A DNA stretch of 18,595 nucleotides from NCBI GenBank assembly GCA_051117555.1, contig JBNPEG010000251.1, positions 1-18,595 of the forward strand, in the 5' to 3' direction. Position numbers and translations under genes: made by a program. The notes under the pieces were generated by a model. It did not search any database, had not been told where the DNA came from, and saw only the letters and a list, made by a program, of their open reading frames with translations. The DNA comes from Elainellaceae cyanobacterium (GTDB lineage: Bacteria > Cyanobacteriota > Cyanobacteriia > CAZCXK01). The first letter of the stretch is position 1. Every line of letters begins with the position of its first letter. This document shows positions 1-7,436 of this stretch, piece by piece.

Positions 1-41
1 TGACTGACCAGCAGATATTGGCAGTAATCGAGACGAGTTAG
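1..41 (+). CDS. possible 3' end of an upstream gene (…TDQQILAVIETS*)
   Basis: Open frame from the window edge to TAG at 39-41; too short to identify. Confidence 0.3.
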   Translation, partial: TDQQILAVIETS

Positions 42-132
42 TTTATCGCTCATACCGATGACTGTATCGTCTTTTTACTCGATCGGTGAACCTTTTCCCT
101 ATTTCCAATCTGCGTAAGTCCTATCTAATCAA

Positions 133-789
133 ATGGATGAGTTCTATCATCTCGTTCAATCTGCAACGAGAGAGCAGCGGCACAATCTAGGAGAATTGAC
201 AGGTTCAGCATTTGGAAGCTCCCCTGAAACTTTGTGCAACCATATTCGATATCTCAGTGCGGGTAGTGTCGGACAGCTTTTCTGGAATAAGTCTTGGAAG
301 CAAGTAGTAACCGATGTTGCAGATCATGTTCAGATTGATTGGGATAGCGTCCTTAATGGTCGGCCATGGAGAGAATTAGATACTCCCGAAATTGAGACGG
401 CTGTGGTTGCCAAGCTAGCTCAAACGATGCTGGATCAGGTTTCGCTAGAACAACGCCAGCAAATTTTAAGAGAAATAAACCAAGAGACGGATGATCCTCG
501 ACTTGAGAAGTTCATCGTTACTGGAAGCTTGATGTCAGCCGCGAAGATGAGTGGTTTCGGAGTCTATCTATTAGCAAGCACAGTGCTAGGCAGTTTTACT
601 CATGCATTAGGCATCACGTTGCCGTTTGCTCTTTATTTAGGCATGAGCCAAACCATCGCAGTCGTATTAGGACCTGTCGGGTGGGCAGCACTTGCAGGCG
701 GAATTCTTTTTTCACTCAATCAACCCAACTGGAATCGATTGATTTTAGCTGTGGTATGTGTTTCTATGATTCGAAATTCACCCGTCTAA
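133..789 (+). CDS. YaaW/UPF0174-like protein with C-terminal Gly-rich hydrophobic segments
   Basis: 218-aa ORF; SWKQVVTDVADHV block and LGPVGWAALAGG hydrophobic segment resemble YaaW-family proteins (by eye). Confidence 0.55.
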   Translation: MDEFYHLVQSATREQRHNLGELTGSAFGSSPETLCNHIRYLSAGSVGQLFWNKSWKQVVTDVADHVQIDWDSVLNGRPWRELDTPEIETAVVAKLAQTMLDQVSLEQRQQILREINQETDDPRLEKFIVTGSLMSAAKMSGFGVYLLASTVLGSFTHALGITLPFALYLGMSQTIAVVLGPVGWAALAGGILFSLNQPNWNRLILAVVCVSMIRNSPV

Positions 790-880
790 GCGAGCTAAGG
801 CAGAGAAGGCAAATCGAGAAAGAATTGAATTTTGGCGTGCAAGAGGAATTCATGTCAAATCGTGAATTCCAGCATCAATG

Positions 881-947
881 AGATCCCCGGCTTCTGCGTT
901 GACACCTCAACCGTTACTGAGACCCTCCATTAAGAAGCCGGGGATCT
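881..947. repeat. REP/MITE-like inverted-repeat element
   Basis: Perfect 15-bp inverted repeat AGATCCCCGGCTTCT (881-895) / AGAAGCCGGGGATCT (933-947) with a 37-nt spacer; resembles the AGATCCCCG(A/G)CTTC repeat common in filamentous cyanobacteria. Confidence 0.75.
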
Positions 948-1154
948 TAGAGAACTTCACGATAAACTTTGCGATCATGAGGATGGCAACTCTAAATAAA
1001 TTTTCGTAACTGCCACAATCTTTAAGAGTTATGGCTGGGTTAAGCTAATGATTAATCAGTTAGAATCGCTTCAAAAGAAACCGAGCAGTTAAATAATAGC
1101 TGTGGTATCTGCTGGTTTGTTTATGATTTTTGAATAGAAAGGAGTGAGTGATTT

Positions 1155-3212
1155 ATGAGTGAAAAAGTCTCCTCTAGATCACGAAATGTGGCGATCGTAG
1201 GGCCTTATCTCAGCGGTAAAACGTCGCTTCTTGAAAGTTTGCTCTCCGTAAGTGGGGCCCTATCTCGTAAAGGAAAAGTAGCCGATAAAAATACCGTGGG
1301 AGATGGCACTCCAGAAGCCCGCGATCGCCAAATGACTGTGGAAGTAAATGCCGCCAGTACTGAGTACGGCGGCATTCATTTTACATTTTTAGATTGTCCA
1401 GGTTCTATCGAATTTGCTCAGGAAACCTACAATGCTCTCATCGGAGTTGGCGCTGCAATTATTGTTTGTGAACCTGACGTTGAGAAGGTTTTTACCCTAG
1501 CCCCCTTGTTTCAGTTCCTAGATGAATGGGAGATTCCCCATCTCATTTTTATTAATAAGATGGATCGCTCCTATGTTGATTTTAGAGAGCTTTTAAATAC
1601 CCTCAAATCAGTGTCGAGTCGCCCTCTAGTTTTGCATCAATATCCAATTGGTCGAGGAGAAGACCTAACAGGTTTTATCGATCTCATTACTGAGCAAGCC
1701 TATCATTACCATCCGGGTGCTCCCGCTGATCCAGTTCCCCTGCCTGACAATCTTAAAGACCAAGAACAGGCTGCCCGAGAAGAAATGCTAGAAACCTTGG
1801 CAGACTTCGACGACCACCTGCTAGAAGAACTCCTCGAAGACATTAAACCATCTCAGGATGAAATCATTAATGATTTGAAATTAGAACTCGGAGCAGATTT
1901 GATTGTTCCGGTCTTGATTGGGGTAGCAGAACAAGATTTTGGAGTTCGGCCTTTACTGGATGCATTGGTACGAGAGGCTCCCGAACCAGCCATCACGGCT
2001 GAGCGGCGTGGCATTTCTATCGAACCGGACGAGCCACTCGCGCAGGTGCTCAAAACCTACTTCACGCCTCAGGGCAGCAAATTATCTCTCGTGCGAGTTT
2101 GGCGCGGCACCTTAACAGACGGCATTGTTCTTAATGGGGGTCGTCCTAGTGGCATCTATCAGCTACTGGGGCAACAGCAGCAGAGTGTGAGTGAGGCTGG
2201 CATTGGCTCTATTGTCGCGTTGGGGCGTCTAGACGGTGTACATACCGGAGACACACTAAGCACCGAAATGAGCCAAGAACAATCACTGTCAACTGCTGAG
2301 CAACTTAGCCCGGTCTATGCGCTAGCAATCACTTCTGAAAATCGCAGCGACGATGTCAAACTGAGTGGCGCTCTCAACAAACTAATTGAGGAAGATCCAT
2401 CCCTTCGCTGGGAACAACATGGCGATACCCACGAGGTCATTTTATGGGGACAGGGCGACATTCATTTACAAGTTACGCTCGATCGATTGCGCCGCAAACA
2501 TAACTTGACGATGACGTCTCATATGCCTCATGTGCCCTACAAAGAAACCATCCGTCATCCTGCTAACTCAATTCATGGGCGCTATAAACGCCAATCGGGT
2601 GGGCACGGCCAATTTGGAGATGTCTACCTCGATATCAAACCGTTAGGGCGAGGTGAAGGATTTAGCTTTAGCGAATCTATCGTGGGCGGATCTGTTCCTA
2701 AGCAATATATCCCTGCGGTTGAGACGGGAGTTCGTGAATATCTTAATCGGGGCCCGTTAGGATTCCCGATTGTTGATGTTGCGGTCAATTTGACTGATGG
2801 TTCATATCACAGCGTAGATAGCTCGGAGCAAGCATTTAAGCAGGCGGCTCGCCTTGCAATGCAAGATGGTATGGTCAAATGTGAGCCCAGTTTGCTAGAG
2901 CCCATCTTGGCAATTACGATTTCCGTTCCGTCAGACTTCACCTCCAATACGTTGCGCCTCATCAGCACGCGTCGAGGGCAGATCCTAGGCTATGAGGCAA
3001 AACCTAACTGGAAAAATTGGGATGATGTTTCGGCTTATCTTCCTCAAGCCGAAATGTATGACTTAATCGTGGAGTTGCGATCGCTCACGATGGGATCAGG
3101 CTCATTCCGATGGGAATATGACCATCTTCAAGAAGTTCCTGACAAGCTAGTCAACAGTGTTCTAGCACGAACTACTAATGACAATGGAAACGGAAACGAT
3201 CGAGGCAAGTAG
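1155..3212 (+). CDS. fusA: elongation factor G-like translational GTPase (EF-G paralogue)
   Basis: 685 aa; G1 GPYLSGKT, G3 DCPG, G4 NKMD; EEDPSL, GQGDIHL, VPYKETI, KRQSGGHGQFGDV, GSYHSVDSSE and LLEPI motifs; SD AAAGGAG upstream. Confidence 0.95.
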   Translation: MSEKVSSRSRNVAIVGPYLSGKTSLLESLLSVSGALSRKGKVADKNTVGDGTPEARDRQMTVEVNAASTEYGGIHFTFLDCPGSIEFAQETYNALIGVGAAIIVCEPDVEKVFTLAPLFQFLDEWEIPHLIFINKMDRSYVDFRELLNTLKSVSSRPLVLHQYPIGRGEDLTGFIDLITEQAYHYHPGAPADPVPLPDNLKDQEQAAREEMLETLADFDDHLLEELLEDIKPSQDEIINDLKLELGADLIVPVLIGVAEQDFGVRPLLDALVREAPEPAITAERRGISIEPDEPLAQVLKTYFTPQGSKLSLVRVWRGTLTDGIVLNGGRPSGIYQLLGQQQQSVSEAGIGSIVALGRLDGVHTGDTLSTEMSQEQSLSTAEQLSPVYALAITSENRSDDVKLSGALNKLIEEDPSLRWEQHGDTHEVILWGQGDIHLQVTLDRLRRKHNLTMTSHMPHVPYKETIRHPANSIHGRYKRQSGGHGQFGDVYLDIKPLGRGEGFSFSESIVGGSVPKQYIPAVETGVREYLNRGPLGFPIVDVAVNLTDGSYHSVDSSEQAFKQAARLAMQDGMVKCEPSLLEPILAITISVPSDFTSNTLRLISTRRGQILGYEAKPNWKNWDDVSAYLPQAEMYDLIVELRSLTMGSGSFRWEYDHLQEVPDKLVNSVLARTTNDNGNGNDRGK

Positions 3213-3393
3213 AGGCTCAGGACATCTGCGTCCCGTTCAATATTCGAGGTGCGAGGTGCGTTTGAAGAGAGTTGCTTTAAACATAGATTTTCATCCTGGG
3301 AGGTGGAGGGAGGGTGAGGCTGCGACATCATGCTTAACTCAAGCGCACACCGCTACATAAGGTGGAGCGATGTCCAAAATTAATTTGGTTTAT

Positions 3394-3473
3394 ATTTCTC
3401 AACACAAACAAGGAATTCTGTTGAGAAATGTAAAGGAAGAATTTGCATAAATTTATCTCGAATGCAAATTCTT
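3394..3473. promoter_or_regulatory. two adjacent perfect AT-rich inverted repeats (candidate operators or hairpins)
   Basis: ATTTCTCAACA(3394-3404)-N14-TGTTGAGAAAT(3419-3429) and AAGAATTTGCAT(3437-3448)-N13-ATGCAAATTCTT(3462-3473). Confidence 0.45.
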
Positions 3474-3571
3474 AACGTCTGTGGCGTACGCAACTAGATA
3501 ATCGTCTCAATCAGCCTTCCATTTAGATTTTGACGACGAAGCGTGTTCGTATGAACATGATACCCCTTGGA

Positions 3572-3659
3572 TATAGCGATCCTAAATCGCTTGTGAATTG
3601 TGTGTGAGTGGTAGGGCGGGCGCCGTCCCACCACTCACAAGCCATCTGGGATTGCTATA
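3572..3659. mobile_element. MITE-like element with 25-bp terminal inverted repeats and an internal GC-rich hairpin
   Basis: TATAGCGATCCTAAATCGCTTGTGA (3572-3596) matches the reverse complement of TCACAAGCCATCTGGGATTGCTATA (3635-3659) at 21/25; TA at both termini; inner hairpin TGTGAGTGGTAGGGCGG-GCG-CCGTCCCACCACTCACA. Confidence 0.7.
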
Positions 3660-4112
3660 CCTGGAGTGCGATTAGCCACTCATTTTCTATAAATATTCGT
3701 ATACAAGATTAAATTTTATTAAACTAGACTCAGCTTTCTCTGAGGATGTAGTTAATAATGATTAGTAATTAGAAACATTTTTTCTAATCAGTACACATCT
3801 TTTGTACATCTTTTTGATAAAAGCTACCCCAAATTTCAGGTGCCCGCGCTTATTTAAGACAATTTCTTTCAAACAATTAATTCACCGTTCAACAAATCAA
3901 CGAGTAGGTTCCTGAACGTGCTTAGCAGGCTCTTGCAGTTTGTCGTCTAATCGAGACATTGTCAGTTCAGGGCCGATTAGATGTAGGTGCTGTGCACCTT
4001 ATGCCTGCTTAAAGTAGCCAACCTTTGGCTATGGTTTGTAATTGCGAATGACTTCCTAAGCAAGGTTATTTCGAATGGATTAGCGTCACTATGCTGGAAG
4101 GAAAGGTTTAGG

Positions 4113-4346
4113 ATGATTCCGAAAATCGAACATGCGATCGCCCCCTCAACCAAGAACCGTTATTCTGCCCACTCTTCACTCAATGGGTTTCGTCAGCAAA
4201 CTCCAACGTCTGGGTGGGAAGGGTTTTCTCAATGGGTCCATACAAGCGCAAATTGGCTATACATGCTCTGGCTTGGACTGGTCGTGCTCTTGATGGGCGC
4301 GACGGTTGGAGGCGTTTACTTCGTGGTATCAGCGTCTGTGAGATGA
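4113..4346 (+). CDS. 77-aa single-TM protein resembling the N-terminus and helix A of photosystem II D1 (PsbA/ChlF family); miniprotein or truncated psbA relic
   Basis: ATG 4113 preceded by purine-rich GGAAGGAAAGGTTTAGG; SGWEGFSQWVHTSANWLYMLWLG aligns without gaps to D1 SLWE(Q/R)FC(Q/N)W(V/I)TST(N/E)NRLY(V/I)GWFG, followed by a hydrophobic stretch. Confidence 0.7.
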   Translation: MIPKIEHAIAPSTKNRYSAHSSLNGFRQQTPTSGWEGFSQWVHTSANWLYMLWLGLVVLLMGATVGGVYFVVSASVR

Positions 4347-4436
4347 GTCAACCAAATGGCTGAGGTGATTCTATCTGGTTCAGCGAGGATATAGGTTAAA
4401 ATCTTTAGCTGGACATTATTGTGAGGATTAAACACT

Positions 4437-4874
4437 ATGGCATTACCAGTCGGTACGACTGCTCCTGATTTTACAGCCAAGGATACAAACGGCAATACAG
4501 TTTCGTTGTCTGACTATGCAGGCAAGACCGTTGTTCTATATTTTTATCCTAAAGACGATACCCCAGGTTGCACGAAAGAGGCGTGCAGTTTTCGAGATTC
4601 TTATGCTGATTACCAAGGTAAAGATATAGCGGTATTTGGGGTTAGCACCGATGATGAATCGTCTCATCAGCAGTTTACTGATAAGTTTGGCTTGCCGTTT
4701 CCGCTACTTGCCGATGTCGGAGGCACCATCACAAAAGCCTATGATGTAGATGGGGGTGGGTATGCAAAGCGAGTTACCTATGTAATTGATGGCGATCGCA
4801 CCATTGTGAAAGTATACGATCGTGTCAATACGGACACCCATGCGAAGGACATTTTGGCTGAGCTAGGCGTTTAA
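4437..4874 (+). CDS. bcp: peroxiredoxin, BCP/PrxQ subfamily
   Basis: APDF, VVLYFYPKDDTPGCTKEACSFRD (CxxxxC), FPLLAD and KRVTYVID motifs; SD GAGGA. Confidence 0.95.
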   Translation: MALPVGTTAPDFTAKDTNGNTVSLSDYAGKTVVLYFYPKDDTPGCTKEACSFRDSYADYQGKDIAVFGVSTDDESSHQQFTDKFGLPFPLLADVGGTITKAYDVDGGGYAKRVTYVIDGDRTIVKVYDRVNTDTHAKDILAELGV

Positions 4875-4916
4875 TTCCCGTTTTCTCCACAACAATACAT
4901 TAAGCAGTGTGCGGTG

Positions 4917-4939
4917 CATCGATTAGTCATCGATTAGTC
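4917..4939. repeat. 11-bp tandem repeat CATCGATTAGT x2
   Basis: Copies at 4917-4927 and 4928-4938. Confidence 0.7.
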
Positions 4940-5002
4940 TCTCTAGCATGCATTCGTTGATGGCATTCGTTTGAGTGCAGAAAGATGGTGAATCTGACGA
5001 AC

Positions 5003-5032
5003 AAGGACACACAAACCCGTGTGTCCTTCTTT
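5003..5032 (+). terminator. probable intrinsic terminator after bcp
   Basis: AAGGACACAC-AAACCC-GTGTGTCCTT 10-bp stem followed by CTTT. Confidence 0.65.
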
Positions 5033-5157
5033 AGGTTGGATATTACGATGCCCGGAATGCTGTAGAAACTATCCTGAACATGTCAGAACCGTAGCGGAGA
5101 TTAAGGTAGACTTGACACGTTCTGAATCAATATCTTATCCATAATTGTGCTTCGCTT

Positions 5158-6012
5158 ATGAATCGTCAACCGGTATGCTTAGCGACTATCGTTGGAGTCA
5201 CTCTATTGACCCTCGGTGCCACTGTGGGAATAGATTCGATTGCCCAGTCTGCAGTCGCTGAAGAAAATGAACCCAACGATACATTTGAAAATCGGGAAAC
5301 TCAACCTGCCGACGTAACAATCGTCACTGGAGAACTCACTCAACGATTTGATCCTAGTGATTTTGACTATGAATTTTCAGGCATGATGTCACCCGGAGAG
5401 GCGTCTACCTTCGCAATCGATGACCTCGACGCATCCGAGCCATTTTATGCCTGGATTGACAATGGCTCAGATGGGCCTGATACAGTCATCGGAACTTTTA
5501 ATGCAGCAGGTGAATTGATTGGCACTGACGATGACAGTAGCCCGTCGGGTAATGGTGTTGCGTCAGGAATTGGCGGAACAGCGGGCGATGACGGAATGGT
5601 TCGCCTTGCAGTAACGGGCTTCCCCGATTTCGAATTCCAGGCATTAAATTCGAATGGCGCGTTAGTTCATGAGCAGTCAGGAGAATATCAGGTTCGCGTC
5701 AAGACTGGTATTGATGCTCCTGAGGGGGATGTTGACTACTACAGCATTTCTGGAATCGATCCTGGAACCGGCTTTACACTTGAGGTAACCGATGCCAATT
5801 TCGACTCGATTCTCGTTTGGCTCGATGACGATGGCAACGTGGTAACGGTCGATGATGACGGTGGGACAGAACTGCTTTCTAAAATTCGAGGGTTTGTACC
5901 CCTGAGTGGCAGTATTAACTTCGCGATTAGCGCATTCGGAGATCCAGAATTTACAGGCAATCATATCGAATCGGGTCCGTATTCAATCTCAGTAGAGCTG
6001 ACCGGCGAGTAA
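5158..6012 (+). CDS. secreted acidic protein with two PPC (pre-peptidase C-terminal)-like beta domains
   Basis: Signal peptide ending AVA-EE; EENEPNDTF and GDVDYY motifs; two related segments, DTVIGTFNAAGELIGTDDDS and DSILVWLDDDGNVVTVDDDG. Confidence 0.7.
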   Translation: MNRQPVCLATIVGVTLLTLGATVGIDSIAQSAVAEENEPNDTFENRETQPADVTIVTGELTQRFDPSDFDYEFSGMMSPGEASTFAIDDLDASEPFYAWIDNGSDGPDTVIGTFNAAGELIGTDDDSSPSGNGVASGIGGTAGDDGMVRLAVTGFPDFEFQALNSNGALVHEQSGEYQVRVKTGIDAPEGDVDYYSISGIDPGTGFTLEVTDANFDSILVWLDDDGNVVTVDDDGGTELLSKIRGFVPLSGSINFAISAFGDPEFTGNHIESGPYSISVELTGE

Positions 6013-6023
6013 ATCGTATCTTT

Positions 6024-6057
6024 GATTAGGCGCATGGATTAGGCGCATGGATTAGGC
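6024..6057. repeat. 13-bp tandem repeat GATTAGGCGCATG x2.6
   Basis: Copies at 6024-6036 and 6037-6049, partial at 6050-6057. Confidence 0.8.
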
Positions 6058-6193
6058 ACGCATATTAAGCTGGGCGCATCAAGCTATGTAACGTTCGAGT
6101 CGTGCGATCGCCCAGCCCTAGCTAGACTAAAAGCAAGGAGGACTTTGAGATTGCGTTCTCTAGAGTCTCTAGCGATCCCTGAGAGAATGACCT

Positions 6194-6673
6194 ATGACAT
6201 TTACTAATATTTTGGTCGCTCTAGATCAATCCTCATCGGCTGAGGCAGTGTTTCACCAAGCTCTTGAATTGGTTCACGATCGCAGTTCTTTGCTGATCTT
6301 TCACGCTATGCAGGTCGACGTGCCAGGGCAAACTGGGCCATTCTTAGGCATTGGCACTCTAGCAGACGTTGATGTTTATAGCAGCTTAAAACATGATCAG
6401 CGTGAGCAAATTCAAAAGGATATTGACGAGGCTGAAGCGTGGCTTAATGGTTATGGTCGGCGTGCTCAGGCAAAAGGAATTCAGCCAGAATGTGTGTGTA
6501 AAGTAGGAGAACCGGGATCTTGGATTTGTGATCTTGCGAATAACTGGAAGGCAGATCTGATCGTAATTGGGCGACGAGGACGCACTGGCCTCGCTGAGAT
6601 AGTTCTTGGAAGCGTCAGCAACCATGTGGTGCATCAAGCGCCCTGTTCAGTGTTAGTGGTTCAAGGGCATTAG
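6194..6673 (+). CDS. universal stress protein (UspA family)
   Basis: FTNILVALDQS N-terminus; ADLIVIGRRGRTGLAEIVLGSVSNHVVHQAPCSVLVV signature. Confidence 0.95.
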   Translation: MTFTNILVALDQSSSAEAVFHQALELVHDRSSLLIFHAMQVDVPGQTGPFLGIGTLADVDVYSSLKHDQREQIQKDIDEAEAWLNGYGRRAQAKGIQPECVCKVGEPGSWICDLANNWKADLIVIGRRGRTGLAEIVLGSVSNHVVHQAPCSVLVVQGH

Positions 6674-6800
6674 GCGGAAGGCAGAGGGCAGAAGTAGGGT
6701 GCTGTATAGCCTTTCAGGCATGGCTACGCTAAAGCGCTAGCGTAACGCACCATTAAGGCGGAAGACAAACGGCTGTTTGCGAAGCGTTGCGTAGCAAAAG
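6673..6800. repeat. composite of heptamer repeats, a REP-like palindrome and small double-hairpin elements
   Basis: GGC(G/A)GA(A/G) heptamers at 6673-6693; GTAGGGTGC(6694-6702)…AACGCACC(6744-6751); double hairpins at about 6705-6734 (minus strand) and 6774-6800. Confidence 0.55.
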
Positions 6801-6893
6801 CAGACGATAAATGCCTGTTATTGCGTTTGCGTTTTCGACGTTTCAGTCATTCGGGTTGTCCTAACATGATCGTGTAGCGCTATATTTCCAGTC

Positions 6894-7334
6894 ATGAACT
6901 CTCTAATTTGGGTTTCATTAACAAGCATGAGCGTTTTGATGCTCAGCTTAGTCGGAGGATTTTCTCTGTCTGGTGCGATCGCTGCCGAGCGTCTTAGTTC
7001 GCCTGAAATTCAGCAACAGATGCAGGCTCTACCAGAATGGACAATCAATGAGGAGCAACTCTATTGCACCTATGAATTTAGCAACTTTGTTGAGGCAGTC
7101 GATTTTGTCAATCGTATGGTAGAACCTGCTGAAGCACTTGGGCATCATCCTGATCTTGAGATCTCCTACAACACGGTCACTATCAAGCTGACAACCCACG
7201 ATGCAGGCGGGCTGACTCAACTAGATTTTGATCTAGCTCAGCGCATCTCTCAGATTGTTGAATCAATGCCTTCTGGATCGGGATGCCGATCATCTGAATC
7301 AATTGTGAGCATTCATCTATCCGGGCAAATTTAA
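6894..7334 (+). CDS. pterin-4-alpha-carbinolamine dehydratase (PCD/PhhB family) with putative N-terminal signal peptide
   Basis: LPEW, FSNFVEAVDFVN, AEALGHHPDLEISYNTV and LTTHDAGGLTQLDFDLA motifs; about 30-aa hydrophobic leader ending AIA-A. Confidence 0.9.
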   Translation: MNSLIWVSLTSMSVLMLSLVGGFSLSGAIAAERLSSPEIQQQMQALPEWTINEEQLYCTYEFSNFVEAVDFVNRMVEPAEALGHHPDLEISYNTVTIKLTTHDAGGLTQLDFDLAQRISQIVESMPSGSGCRSSESIVSIHLSGQI

Positions 7335-7436
7335 CAGTCCACGGGATTAGGAGTATCGAAACACGGTGCTAAACGCCGTCCTTACTCCCTTTCGCACTAT
7401 TCATTTGGTTATGTCAATCTCAGCCCAGGTTTAAAG

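Noticed and set aside
681..881. 66-aa ORF overlapping the YaaW-like gene
   Set aside because: Half of it overlaps another CDS out of frame, and it has no motifs.
3128..3360. 67-aa (minus) and 60-aa (plus) ORFs at the fusA 3' end
   Set aside because: Both overlap fusA, with no RBS or recognisable motif.
3791..3816. GTA…TAC as an NtcA site within an ACATCTTTT direct repeat
   Set aside because: Spacer is 11 nt, not 8.
3987..4112. Upstream GTG extension of the D1-like ORF (119-aa version)
   Set aside because: ATG 4113 has a much better purine-rich RBS, and the extra 42 codons show no recognisable pattern.
5112..5145. TTGACA as a sigma70 -35 element
   Set aside because: No good -10 at 16-18 nt spacing (CATAAT is 22 nt away). 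The TTGACA at 14355 has the same problem.
6024..6066. Possible CRISPR array
   Set aside because: 13-bp units with no spacers and no cas genes; a simple tandem repeat.
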